This document shows, piece after piece, positions 17,095 to 30,530 of a stretch of DNA of 64,000 nt. Origin of the DNA: the human T2T-CHM13v2.0 reference genome, Homo sapiens. The stretch lies in NCBI RefSeq assembly GCF_009914755.1, contig NC_060926.1; one strand, given 5' to 3'. The notes under the pieces were generated by a model. The model ran no database searches, was not told the DNA's origin, and was given only the letters and a program-made list of their open reading frames with translations. Every line of letters starts with the position of its first letter. Position 1 is the first letter of the stretch. The position numbers and the translations under genes were made by a program.

Positions 17095-17428
17095 AGTCAT
17101 CCCTTGGTATCCATGGGGATTGGTTCCAGGGCCTCCCATGAATACCAGGATACACAGATGAGCAAGCCCCTGGTATAAAATGGTATAGTATTTGCATATA
17201 AACTATGCACATCCTCCCACATACTCCAAATCATTTCCAGATTACTTATAATACCTAATACAATGTAAATTCCATATAAGTAGTTATTATACTGTATTGA
17301 TAATGATTCCCAAAAATGTCTGTGCATTTTAGTAAAAACAAAATTTTGGGGGGATATTTTGGAATATTTTTGATCTGCAGTTGGTTGAATCCACGGATAC
17401 AGAAACCATGGATATGGAGAGCTGACTT
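17094..17428. mobile_element. MER2 (Tigger-family MITE)
   Basis: ta|cagtcatcccttggtatccatggggattggttccagg ... ggttggttgaatccacggat...gctgact. Confidence 0.85.
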
Positions 17429-17464
17429 ATGTGTGTGTGTGTATATACAATATATATATTATAT

Positions 17465-17499
<35 letters not shown>

Positions 17500-18172
17500 A
17501 CAGTGTGGACTCCCTGCAGGAAATTGTGTATATATATTTATATATATATTATATATATACACATTATATATATTTATATATATACACATTATATATATTT
17601 ATATATACATTATATATATAGTATATATGTAATATATATATTATATATAGTATATATGTAATATATATACTATATATATTATATATAGTATATATGTAAT
17701 ATATATACTATATATATTATATATAGTATATATGTAATATATATACTATATATATTATATATAGTATATATGTAATATATATACTATATATATTATATAT
17801 AGTATATATGTAATATATATACTATATATATTATATATAGTATATATGTAATATATATACTATATATAGTATATATGTAATATATATACTATATATAGTA
17901 TATATGTAATATATATATACTATATATAGTATATATGTAATATATATACTATATATAGTATATATGTAATATATACTATATATAGTATATATGTAATATA
18001 TATACTATATATAGTATATATGTAATATATATACTATATATAGTATATATGTAATATATATACTATATATAGTATATATGTAATATATATATACTATATA
18101 TATAGTATATATGTAATATATATATACTATATATATAGTATATATGTAATATATATATACTATATATACACA
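17429..18172. repeat. (TG)n plus complex TA-rich minisatellite (about 38-nt and 29-nt units)
   Basis: Reiterated tatatatgtaatatatatactatatat(attatatat)ag. Confidence 0.95.
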
Positions 18173-19261
18173 CATGGTTAGAGGGGGAATGTATTAATTT
18201 TCTAGTGCTGCATACAAATTACCACAAATTTAGTGGCTTAAAACAATACACATTTATTAGCTTATAGTCTTTATGGGTCAGGAATTCTGGCACAGCTTAG
18301 CTAGGTCCTCTGCTTTAGGATCTCCCACATGGCTGCAATCAACATATTGGCCTTGCCCACATCATCTTGCTTTGTGCTCTCTTTGTGTTCAATATGGAAC
18401 ACAGTCCCTCACCGGTTAGTTGTTAAGGTGGGAACTATTATAGTTTCATGAAGGATGGAAGCATTCAGAAGATACTCTACACACTATTGACTGACCTTGT
18501 GGCTCTGCATATGCTATTGCCTTTTAAGAAAAGCTCCTTAAGAAGTTCCAAATGCAAGGGCCTTTATTCCTTATCTTAAAATAACCATATCCTTTAAATC
18601 AAATGAATTCCCTTCTGTAATTTTAATGGGAGAATTATAGGAGATGTGAGGATTTGATTTTGATTTAGCTACAAGAGAAGAGCTAGGATGTTCTAAAAGC
18701 CAGAGGAAAAATATCACTTTGCAGAGAGTGGAAATGAAACTGTACAGTAAGGTTCAAGTTCTAGTTGAAGATGATTGGCCAGAGGAGAAGAAGTGGAAAT
18801 GTTTTCAAGTCCCACATGGGTGGGCTGGCATTAAAGGTGTCCCACAGCTGTCAAAGGTCAGCCAGATCCTCTGGGACAGAATTTCTCACCAGTCTATGCC
18901 CTTTCATATGGTTCCTTCCCCAATATAAGAGCTGGAAAAAAATTTAGTTTTAAGTTCAGAATCTCCATTTGAGAATATTTGGAAACCATACACTCCACAA
19001 TAATTGTTTTAAGTTTTTGAAGACCTGTTAACCTTTTAATGTTTCAAAGAGATCCTTCTATCAAGTATGAATGGGGGGAGAACAAAAGGCCATGTGGATA
19101 AAGAACCCTTTGTCCTCCTTTGGGAATTATTGGACCATTGCGATTTCAAGACACATCCAGGGAAGCTGACATTCTGACTTCCCATCTTCCACCCCATAGA
19201 TATGTTCAGTTTATCTGTACCCTGGTTGCCTGGCTGAGTCTCAGGAATGTTTGTATTCCAG

Positions 19262-19462
19262 GTGATGATCTTGCTGTGCAATCAGCAGAGTTTCATCTGC
19301 ACTCACGTTGACTACTGCCATCCCCACTGCTACCTGCACCACAGCCGCTCCTGTGCCCGACTGGTCAGAGCCATCAAGCTACTCTATGGAGACAGTGTGG
19401 ACTCCCTGAGGGAAAGCAGCAACATCAGCAGTGTGGCTCTCCGGGGCAAGAAACAGAAAGAA
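19262..19462 (+). CDS. UNC80: UNC80 exon (VMILLCNQQSF...GKKQKE), 201 nt, phase 0->0
   Basis: tattccag|GTG acceptor; GAA|gtaagt donor. Confidence 0.95.
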
Positions 19463-19728
19463 GTAAGTAAATGACCATTGAATGATATTCTAATACTAGA
19501 AACATGATGTCATAACAATTTCTTCTCTGGAAATAAGAATTTTCAAGCAAATGCAATTGTAACAATCAGGTCTGTGTGCATCTAAACATAAGCAGAAGAG
19601 ATGTACAAGAAAGACAAATGTTTTGTCTTTCTTGTCCATGAGTAAACATGGAATCTTTCCTCAGGTTTTGTCTTATTCTGTAAATAAATATGACTGCATA
19701 GGGATGATGACGATGACGAATAAGTTAT

Positions 19729-20169
19729 TGTGTTAGGCAGAATAATGCCTCTCCCACAAAGACATTCACATCCTAATCTCTGGAAATTGTGAATATCTTC
19801 ACATGGCAGAAGAGGTTTTGCAGATGTGATTGAAAATTTTACAGTGGGCATCCAGCTGTGCTTGATATCATCATAAGGGTCCTTATAAGTGGAAAAAGGA
19901 GTCAGGAGGGTCAGAGCCAGAGAAGGAAATGTCTTGAGAAAAGCAGAGGTCAGTATGATGCGGGGCCATGAGCCAAGGAATACTGGCAGCCTCTAGAAGC
20001 TAGATAAGACAAGGAAATGGATTATCTCCTAGAGCCTTCAGAAGCAACCACAGCCCCGCCAATCCGTTTTAGATTTCTGACCTCCAGAATTGTAAAATAA
20101 TAAATTTGTGTCATTTTAAGCTATGAAGGTTGTGGTCACTTGTTACAGCAGCAACAGGAAACTAATACA
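19729..20169 (+). mobile_element. MLT1 (C/D-like) solo LTR
   Basis: tgtgttaggcagaataatg...cagcagcaacaggaaactaataca termini. Confidence 0.85.
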
Positions 20170-23100
20170 ACTATGTACTAAAAAATATGCATAAATAGGC
20201 CCACTGTTCACAGCCAAGTAAAAGAGTCATCTAGGTCAAATCAGACTAAAGGAAATTGCTTCAAGCAACTATTACATTTTTCAAGTATTCAGCTGCCCTC
20301 TTCTGAAAACTACCCTGAGCAGCTGAGCTGGCAGGAGATGAAGACAGTGACCAGGGCTGCTGTGCTTCTGCCAGGGAAGGCCTAAATTTTCCACCTGCCC
20401 CTGAACAGGCGTCACAGCCAAGATGCCTGACTGAATGTTGTGGCTGCCCCTGCAGCTGCTTTTCCTAAGTGGTTTTGCAAAGAGATTTTTATATAACACC
20501 TATTCATTTCAACGGGCATTTATTATGTGTCCTCTGTTGGCACAATATTAGGCTAGATATTCTGTTAAGGAAAAAAAAACTAGAAGCAGAAAATCTTTCT
20601 AAGGAATTTGCAAACCAGGTTTGGCCTGGGGAGGGGGTAAGAGATAATATGTACATCAAACAATGAGAGAACATGAGCAATAACAACAAAAATCCAGTTG
20701 AGTCGTGTAGCAATTTGTTATACCTTAGTGCTCACAAAGGGATTTTTTTAATTACAACTTTTTTATTATGAAAGCAATACATGTTCATTGAAGAAATTTT
20801 TAATAATACAAAATATTCTTTAAAAATTATATATCTGATGTACCTCTTAAGTGTGCAAGTTCATCCTATGGGGTATGATCTTTTAGTTTTTTTCTAAATG
20901 TATGTGTGAGGGTATAAAGTAAGTACATTTCATTGACAAGTGCCTTTTGATTCTTAAAAACCATTGCAAGAGTTATTTTATCCCCATTTTACAGGTTTTT
21001 CAACTGTGGGGGCTCAGAAAGTTGAGATTATCCACACTTTATATCTATAATGTATTTAGCTAGACTTTAACCTTAGAAATATGGAACATCAGAGTCAGGG
21101 CTTTTTAAACTAGACTGTTTTGCATTTCATGTTATGCAAATAATACAAATTCTGAGGGGAATGAAGGTGGAGAATAGACCAATGTGGGGTACAAATAAAC
21201 TACTAAATAATGACATAAAAAGAAAAAAAGTAAATACGTTTGTGTGTGCATACATGTATATGTATATACATTGTATATATATTTCAAACATAAATGACAC
21301 TGCATTTAAAGAAAATCTATTTTTATTTATGTAAATTCTTTCTTACTATAAAAACTCCCTTAGCTTTAGGTTAAAACCATATATGTTGAAAGTTTCAAAA
21401 ATATGTGAGCCTAAATTATTGATCATTGTTCTCCATACACACTTCAGAATTTCTTACTGCTATATTTTTTGCTGGCACTAGGCCTCTAATCTAACATAGC
21501 CCAACCCAAACATTCTTTAAGATCCAACTTAAATGCCATCTCCTCCATGAAACTTTTTTGATTCTTCAAGTGTTAAGCACAGGGCCTACTGCAGATGGAC
21601 ACTAAATGTTATTTTCCTTACTTCCTTCTTCAACTAAATTATAATTGTATTTTACTCATGTTTTCTCATTCTTCTTTCAATTATCCATCCATCCATCCAG
21701 CCAGCCAGCCGTTCATCTATTCAACAGGCTTTTAAAGAACCTGTGGACCATGCTGAGCCCATACTTTGCGCTGGGTACAATAATGGGCAAAAAAAAAAAA
21801 AAAAAAAATACAGTTTGTACCCCCATATACTGCACATAATCTAGTCCAAGACAGACATTGATCAAATAAAACTCCCAAATTGATGTAAAATTACATCTGC
21901 AATAAGTGAAATAATGGAGAGCTACACCGTGCTAAGAGAGCTTATGAATGAGGCTTTGGTCTTGTAGGGGAAAATAAAAGACAGCCTTTCCAATAAAGTG
22001 ACAGGTGAGCTTTAACTAAAGGATGCATAGATGTTAATTGGATACAGATTTGCCAACCAGCGAGAAGAGGTGAGTATGAAGGGCCATGGCTGGAGCACAG
22101 AGGACTGTGATGCATGATGAAGCTGCACAGGCGGCTCGAGACCAGACCATGTGGGACCATGGGAAGGCTTTCATTTTATCCTGCGAGCAGTGGCATGTTC
22201 TTACACTTAATTATAAGCTTTTTGAGAACTGAGGAAGTCTTTCACATTTTGTATCCTGCATGATAACCTAACAGAGTACTCACTTATGTAATAGTAGAGC
22301 AGTTATTAATATTAAGTGAGTGAGTAGAGCTGTAGTCCTAGGGTGTTTCATGAGTGCCCTCCACTCTGCCTCAACCAGGCCCCTGGCCTGAAGCAGTAGA
22401 AAAAGCTTACCAACCTTCTGCTATTGCTTACATTTCTGAAAAGGAAAGGGAAAGTAAAGCATGAATAAGTGCTTCTAACTTTAACATATTGTAATTAGTC
22501 ATTCAGGTAGAGAGCTAAAAAGATGAATTGACTCCTCTGTGATAAACATTTTATTTGCAAAATGCTAGCCTCCTCCACAAGCTCTTTGCTTTCTCTCATG
22601 ATACTTTTCATTTGCCTGTTGTGAATCTGCCAGATAAATGAACAGTGCCCACATTTCCAGATGAAAAATGAAAACAGAGTGGGCAATGAAGCAAGAGTAA
22701 AAGCAGTATTCTGAATAAAATCGTGTCTTATGAGCAATTGATATTTCATTCCTGTTTTCTTTTTAATTGGTTTTTTATGGCAGAGTATATTTGTGGCAGC
22801 TAGTACATTTTGTAACCCATCTAATTCTGATCAATTTGCTAATCTACATTTCAATGCTGAGGGACTCACTGTACAATCTGTTAGTCTATTTTAGTGTACT
22901 TCCAAAATTGAGGGTTTTTAAAAAACAAAATGTCATTCTACATGTATATATCACCTTTACCAAAGAATTCTGAGATTTTTCCTCTATGTCTGTACTTTGT
23001 CCAAAGCTATGTTATAAATAGGATAAATGTTTAATTAATGCTTGTTAATTTAAAAAAGGAGCAGATTAAATTCTTTCCTCTTTCAACCAAAAAGGAGAGA

Positions 23101-24490
23101 GGAACAAATTGTGATACATGCTCAAAAAAATAAAGGACACAGTGTGGGTAAATTCCATAAAGCAAATTCCAGTGCAAATGTCAAGAGGTCAACTGACTTC
23201 CTGCAGAACCAACATTTTTCCTAAAGCTATCTATGAGCAACATTATTGTAAGGCCAAGACCAGGCCCTGGATCTTAATTTCATGGGCCAGGATGACTGTC
23301 CACTATAACTTACATAATTCATGTGTTAAAGCCGTATGAGGCATAAAGAGTCTAGGTTACCTTTTGAGAAATACTGCATTTCTGTTGGCATAAACTTCTT
23401 CCCAGAAACGAGGAAATCCCTTTCTCAGAGAGCCCAGTAGGCTGACTTCAATTTCCACAAATTTTCAACACCTTATTACAGTGTTACAATTCTTTTAGAA
23501 TTAAAAAAAGAAGAAGAAATATATAAATACCTTGTTATTTCCACACTGAGTCCTCCTTCATGCATGCATTTCCTTTTCTATTTATCTTGACTTTTCATTT
23601 GTTTACTTGTTTGTCATCTGTCTTTCCTACACTTCTCTAGGAGTGCAGGCACCTACTCCAGAAGTTAGTCTAGTTTCTGGCATATGGTTAACTCAAAAAA
23701 TATTCTTGAATTATTCAATGAATAGGCAAAATTTTATTTAAAACCATTATTATTCCTCTCTAGTCAATAATTTTTGTTGTAAGGAACAGAAGATTGAACT
23801 TGTTCAAACAATTAGGGAGATTCTTCAAAGGATACAGTAGAATCTCATGAAACTAGGGACAGGAAAAGAAACAGCTAAGCCTCAGGGAAATGAGAACCAA
23901 AGCTGCTGTCCATTTCAGGATGAACATAGTCTTTCATCTCTGCTTCTTTCCGCATCATCTCCATCTGCACAAACATTTTATCCCCTGGCCAGCTCCTATT
24001 GCTGTACTCATCTTGTACATAGACTGAAAATTTCAAGATGGCATCATTATTTTTCTGCACAGCAACCATCACTAAATGATTCAGACTGTTTCTCTTAATT
24101 CCCTAGGACAGGAATTTGAGGGGGCCATCTCTTCCTCTTTTGGGCCAAACACCACAAGTGATAAATCCTTAGCCAGTCAAAAAATTGGTTTTGCATTGGT
24201 AATCTAATCAAAAGTGGTCAGGATGCCGAGAGGAGTCACAGAGTCAACTAGGATGGATTTTTCTAAGACATATACATAGGAAAAAATGTCATTGGTCCAA
24301 GTTCTACCCTATCCCATAGCAGGGATTCCCAAGTATCCCTGACAGAGCATGAGGCTGCATAACTGCCTCCCATTGAACACAGCTCCCTCTGGTAGAACCA
24401 CCTCAACAATGACTGAGTAGAGGAATTAATCACTAATTTATCAATACCAAAGGACAGAATTTATCCCTAATCTCTATTTATCACTAATAG

Positions 24491-24791
24491 AGGCATCTAC
24501 TAGTGGTCCTTTGAAGAGTTTGAATTTCACTGAACTGCAAGATACACATAGTGGTTGAAATTACACATCAAGCAGGGAACTGTAGAGAAACTCAAGACTA
24601 GTAACCCAAGACCAAAGGACAGAATTTATCACTCTTGTTTCCAGAATTTATCACTATTCTGTCCTTTGGTCTTGGGTTGCTAATCTTGAGTTTCTCTACA
24701 GATCCCTGCTTGATGTGTCATTTCAACCACTAGGTGCATCTTGTAGTCCAGTGAAATCTCTAACTCTTCAAAGGACCACTAGTAGATGCCT
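24491..24791. repeat. Long inverted repeat (135/136-nt arms, 30-nt loop)
   Basis: 24491-24625 is the reverse complement of 24656-24791; manual alignment gave 9 mismatches and 1 indel. Confidence 0.95.
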
Positions 24792-25468
24792 TTGGAACTA
24801 GTCTCCTGCTCCTTCCAGTAGTCTGAGTTAGGAGTCACACCAATAGAGGGACTTTAAGACCTTTACAAGAGTGTACCCAAACCCATCACACATATACCCC
24901 CATCTCTGTGATATCTATCTTCTAATCAAGTCATTAAAAAAGAGTTACTAGCTTATCACCTTGATGTGAAAGCCCTTGCAGCTTCCTTCCTTTTCCACTA
25001 AAACAAGCACCCTAAGTGTCATGAGGCCACCAGAACACACCATGCTTCCTAAGGTAACATGGTAGGATATTAAATATTTGAGGAACTTGACTTATACTTT
25101 GGTAGGCAGAAACACAGGGTATCAGGGACAAATATAAATGCTCATCTTTTTTTTTTTTTTTTTTTTTTGGTGTGCTGAGTATTTTCCTGTATCTGCCTGG
25201 TTAAAATTCCTGTAATTTAATCAAGAAATATTATTCAAAAGAATTCCTGGAGAAAAAATGTCCAACCAAAAGAGAAAGTGGTAAAATATTTGCAAAATTT
25301 AAGAATCATATTTTCAAATAATTGTAATGGAAAAATACTCTTTATAAAATCATAGTAAAATGAATCATTTAAAATTGTGTGCCACACATAGCATCATCAC
25401 AGTTGTGCTAAGATGCATGGGGGAAAAGGCTGAAAGGAACCTAATAATGGCTATCATTGGGTTGGGGA

Positions 25469-25648
25469 TTGTATTAGTCTGTTCTCATGCTGCTATAAAG
25501 AAATACCCTAGACTGGGTAATTTATAAAGGAAAGAGGCTTAATTAACTCACAGTTCCTCAAGGCTAGTAAGGCCTTGGGAAACTTACAATCATGGTGGAA
25601 GGCAGCCCTTCACAGGGCGGCAGGAGAGAGAATGAGTGCAAGCAGGGG
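25469..25648 (-). mobile_element. THE1/MST MaLR LTR fragment
   Basis: tgtattagtctgttctcatgctgctataaag...gactgggtaatttataaaggaaagagg. Confidence 0.8.
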
Positions 25649-27053
25649 TACATTTATTATTTTATAAATATAAATAATAAAACAGGTGCCAGTTTTTAGT
25701 ATCTTGACTCTTTTGCAAGGGTCAGATACACCTCCATATTAACGTGGAAAACTATTGCTATATATGATTTTAGAACAGTCTTCAAGTTATATAAAATGGG
25801 CATGCTATTTATGCTATATATTGCTTTCACATTCACAGGGGAAAAAAGCAAAGCAATAGTTATCTCCCCAAATAATATGTGTTCCCACATATGCACCTCC
25901 ATGATTTTTTCTTTAGAAAGCACAACAAGAGCCCTGATTCACTTGTTTTGAAGTAGGTTCATTTTAAAAGTTGGTTCTATACTCGTCACATAATAGATGC
26001 ATTTTCTTGGGTCGTTTTGTCAGAGTTTTGAAAGACTTTCTTGGAATATCCATGCACTTTTAGATTTGCCTTTTCTTTCAAAATATCTTTATCCATAACA
26101 CTATGAAGCTCTGTTCAAAAATTCTTAAGAAGTTCAGTTTTTTTTCCCTTGGCTAGAGGGAGAAAGTGTTTCACTGACATGGCACTGGAAAAACAAATGA
26201 GCATTTATTCTGTTTGAGGAGAACGATTCCCTCTTTGCACAGCCTGGAGTGCAAAAATAGGAAGAATCAGGACTCTGGATAAATAAGCCTGCCTTCGTTA
26301 GGTTCAGTCCTTCTCCCAGCTGCATTATTCAGTCCATCCCTTGGCATTTAAGGAGTTAGAGGAAGAAATTGTCTTATTCGTCCTTATGTAGATGAATCAC
26401 CTGGTTGAGGAGACAATTTTTAAGAAGAGCTGCTGCCTCTTACAGAAGAGTATGGTTTTTGAAAAGAAATCATTTTACCTGTACAACTCAGTCCTTGATA
26501 ATGGATACTATGAACTCATGCTTCCTTGATGGGTCCTGTATTTGACCTTTAACTTCCTAACACTTCTCTATGAAATGTTTTCTCTCCTTTATGACCAAGT
26601 CATTCAACTTGCAGCATCCAACCCTATGAAGGGACTATTGGATAGAGTGGATTTTATCTGACTAAATATTTTAAAAGATTTGTGTTTTTTAACTGCTTGA
26701 TGAAATATAATTAGCCCTGAAATGGAAATGGGGAGATCCTTGTCCTTTCCTTTTTCTGCTGATAACTAGCTTTGCAACTCAGTCAAGTTCCTCCACCTCT
26801 CCAGATCCCAGTTTCCTCAAAGGTCAAAGAGGAATTCATTACTCAATATCTCTAAGCTAATTTTTTATTATAAAATTAACTGCTTTTATAAATAAACTGC
26901 TTTTATAAATTTTAGAAAATGTGGACCCACAAAAAGGCCTTTAATTATCGCTTCCACTAGAAGATGGTTGCCTGGAGAATTGCGGGGACATATAGCACTG
27001 TTGGGTTTTTAGAAAACACATCACTCTTCATTACATATCCCTGGTCTTTTCAG

Positions 27054-27161
27054 TGCTCAGATAAGTCATGCCTGAGGACACCTTCTCTAAAGAAGAGAGT
27101 TTCAGATGCCAATCTGGAAGGAAAAAAAGATTCCGGAATGCTGAAGTACATCAGACTTCAG
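27054..27161 (+). CDS. UNC80: UNC80 exon (CSDKSCLRTP...KYIRLQ), 108 nt, phase 0->0
   Basis: tcttttcag|TGC acceptor; CAG|gtattg donor. Confidence 0.92.
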
Positions 27162-28295
27162 GTATTGTTACCTGGATCAGAAGGATTCATGGAACTTTTA
27201 ACAGGGAGGGGACTCCAGACAGCCTATTTACTAATGTTTGGGACATACAACATCAGTTGGTACAGTGTTGGCATAAAGCCCCTTCAGTTGGTGAGCAAGA
27301 GTGCCACCAAGTGTGCCAGGAAAAAAGAAATCTCTTCTTGCTATATAGCCAGCTTCCACAGACAAGGCTTGGGAACTTCGGTTCGAACCACAGCTCTCCC
27401 CACTGTCTTCACTGCAGGAGAGCTAACTTCCCACATGTGTGTAACAGTGACACTTACGGGTTTTGGAATGAGACAGTCTGGGTTCATATCCCATGTCTGC
27501 TGCTCTGGCTCTGGGACCTTGGGCAAGTTATTTAATTTCTCTTGATCTTAGTCACCTCATTTATAAAATGGGGGTTACAACACTAGACCTGTCCCAAGGA
27601 ATTATGGCATGGATTAAAGAAAATGGTTCATGTACCTACTTATCCAGTGCTTGACACATTGTTATATTGTTATTACAACATGAGCTCTAAATCATTATGT
27701 TCTCCCCCCCAAAAAAATTGTTCATATTTTTCTGGAATGTGAAATGATGATGACTTGTCTAGAACCTATATTTGTCACCCAAATTGTCAGAAATAATGGA
27801 TAAAGGATTTTGTGGTTTAATCTGGGGCAATAACCACAATGTATTATGTATTTCAAAGGGAAATGCCATGCATGTTCACAATGGGCTTTTTCATCAGTTA
27901 CAGGCTGCTTATAGTTTTTGGTGGAAATCTACTATTAGGAAGGAAAACAGGATCCTTTAAAAATCTATGAAGACTTTTAACACAAAGATGTATTTCCTGG
28001 AGTCTTTCTTTTCTTGTGGAGTTGTACTCAATATATAGTTTACTCCTTGGTCGCAAAGCAATTTTGTGGTGAAAACGTCATAAAATTAGTGTATTTTTTT
28101 CTAATTATGCTTCAGTTATAAGGTATAAAGCTTATCTATCATATGCCATGTCAACTAAATATGCTCCCATTTTAGAAAGCATTTTAAGGTCACTTAAGGC
28201 AAGCAGAGAGAGGGGACGTGGCTTTTAAGTTTCAAGAGAAGTGCAGTATTCACTGTCTTAAAAGATTTTAAAACATGATTTCCATCTTTTCCCAG

Positions 28296-28434
28296 GTGAT
28301 GAGCTTGTCGCCTGCTCCCTTATCTCTGTTAATCAAGGCAGCACCAATTCTGACAGAGGAGATGTACGGAGACATCCAGCCAGCTGCCTGGGAGCTCCTG
28401 CTCAGCATGGATGAGCACATGGCAGGGGCAGCAG
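28296..28434 (+). CDS. UNC80: UNC80 exon (VMSLSPAPLS...HMAGAA), 139 nt, phase 0->1
   Basis: cttttcccag|GTG acceptor; CAG|gtaaag donor. Confidence 0.95.
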
Positions 28435-29139
28435 GTAAAGAAAGACCACCTGGAACCCTGTGCCTGCTGCCACTGCTGTTACTGATCCAAGTGTTTAAAT
28501 AAGAGAGGTGTTTCCATTCTATTTTTGCTCCTAGGTCAAGTTAATGGCAATTGCTATAACTGTAGACTCTAGAGCTGTGTGCTATAGGAAGGTAGACCCA
28601 GGGTTTGTGTGCTCCCTTCCAATTTCACCATATGGTCTGCACCATAGCATATGTCTCTCTCAGGGTGTTACCAAATTATAGAGAATGATTTTCCCCAGAT
28701 CCTGCACTTTCACTATATTTCACAAGAGACAAAATTCTTTTTTGTGTCATCTCCTAGATTTAACATGCACCACTGTAATTTACTTTATCAAATCTTATGT
28801 GAGTAATGTTCTGTGTCCAAAAGGTAATATCAAAGCAAATGTATTAAAATGTAAGTGATTTGTCCAAGGCCACATAGCTAGTTAGTGATAGAGGCAAAAT
28901 GTGTATTCTTCATTTTTCCACTTTTTATACAGATCGCTAAATTTGTATCTGGTTATTTTAATTTCAAAATACACGTGATAAAAATTCAAGTAATACAAAA
29001 TTGTATGAAGCTAAAAGTATTGCCCTCTCTCCTATGACCCGCCCCCCTCTCCCCATCCCCCAGCCCCCTTCCCCCTCCCAGCACCATTCCTTTCCCCAGA
29101 GGCAACAATTTTTAAGTTTCTCAGGAATCCTTCTAGGGT

Positions 29140-29143
<4 letters not shown>

Positions 29144-29180
<37 letters not shown>
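29144..29180. repeat. (TG)n microsatellite
   Basis: Read directly. Confidence 0.97.
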
Positions 29181-29185
<5 letters not shown>

Positions 29186-29659
29186 AATACACACATATAT
29201 GTATGTATATATGTAAGTTGTGTATTGAATGTTTTGTTTTTCATGCAAATGGGACATGCTGTAAGTGCACTTTGAATTTTTTCATTTATATCTAGAAGAC
29301 TGTTTTTAAATATCAGTTTATAGTTTTACCTCTTCTCTTTTTAATGGCTACAAAATGTTCCACTGAATGAATTGACATATTGTAATTTATTTAAACAAGA
29401 TCTATTGATGAAAATTTAGGTGGAGTTCAGCCTTTTGCTCTTTTATACCATACTGCAATAAATATCTTGGTAAAATATCTTTGTTCACATTAAAGCTTAG
29501 GTTTTTGCTTCTCAGAGAGCGCTGTAGGAGTTCAGGGAATGGCACACTCCCCAAATGTGGGATAGTCATGGAAACTTCCATGGAAAATATAAACAGGTGG
29601 ACGGGGCTTTAAAGAACACCTAGAAGTTAGCCAGGAAGGGAAGATGGTGTGTGCAAAAC

Positions 29660-30049
<390 letters not shown>

Positions 30050-30224
30050 TCAGCTTGTAACCGACTTTGAATGACAGGCTTATGATTGTGGACCTTCCAC
30101 TGAATTGTGAAAAACCAGTGGTGGTTTCTGAGCCATACAGCAATGTTGTATACAGAGTGTGAATTGTTACTAAGTTTGATACTGCAGCAATATGTGGAAT
30201 ACTTTGGTTTTAAAAATAGTGTTT

Positions 30225-30530
30225 TGTTGTAGAGGAAGGATGAGGAGAAGTTGGCTAATGGGTACGAACCTACAGTTACATAAAAGGAATAAGTCCTAAT
30301 GTTCAAAAGCATAGTAGTGTGACTATCGTTAATAACAAAGTATTGTATATTTTAAAATAGCTAGAAGACAGGACTTGAAATGTTTCCAACACATGGAAAT
30401 AATAAGTACTCAAGGTGGTGGATATTTTAAGTACTCTGACTTGATCATTACATTCTATTCATATAACAAAATACCACATGTACTCCATGTGTACAAATAT
30501 TAAGTGCATATTTTTAAAATAAATTTTTAA
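30225..30530 (+). mobile_element. L1MA 3' end
   Basis: aaaatagctagaag...gacttgaaatgtttccaacac...ttgatcattaca. Confidence 0.75.

Noticed and set aside
17525-18172. CRISPR-like array
   Set aside because: Tandem low-complexity units with no unique spacers, in a eukaryotic intron.
26878-26910. Tandem duplication of aactgcttttataaat
   Set aside because: Ordinary slippage duplication in an AT-rich intron.
29038-29097. C-rich tract (minus-strand G4)
   Set aside because: Probably the G-rich tract of a decayed L1 3' UTR; nothing suggests function.
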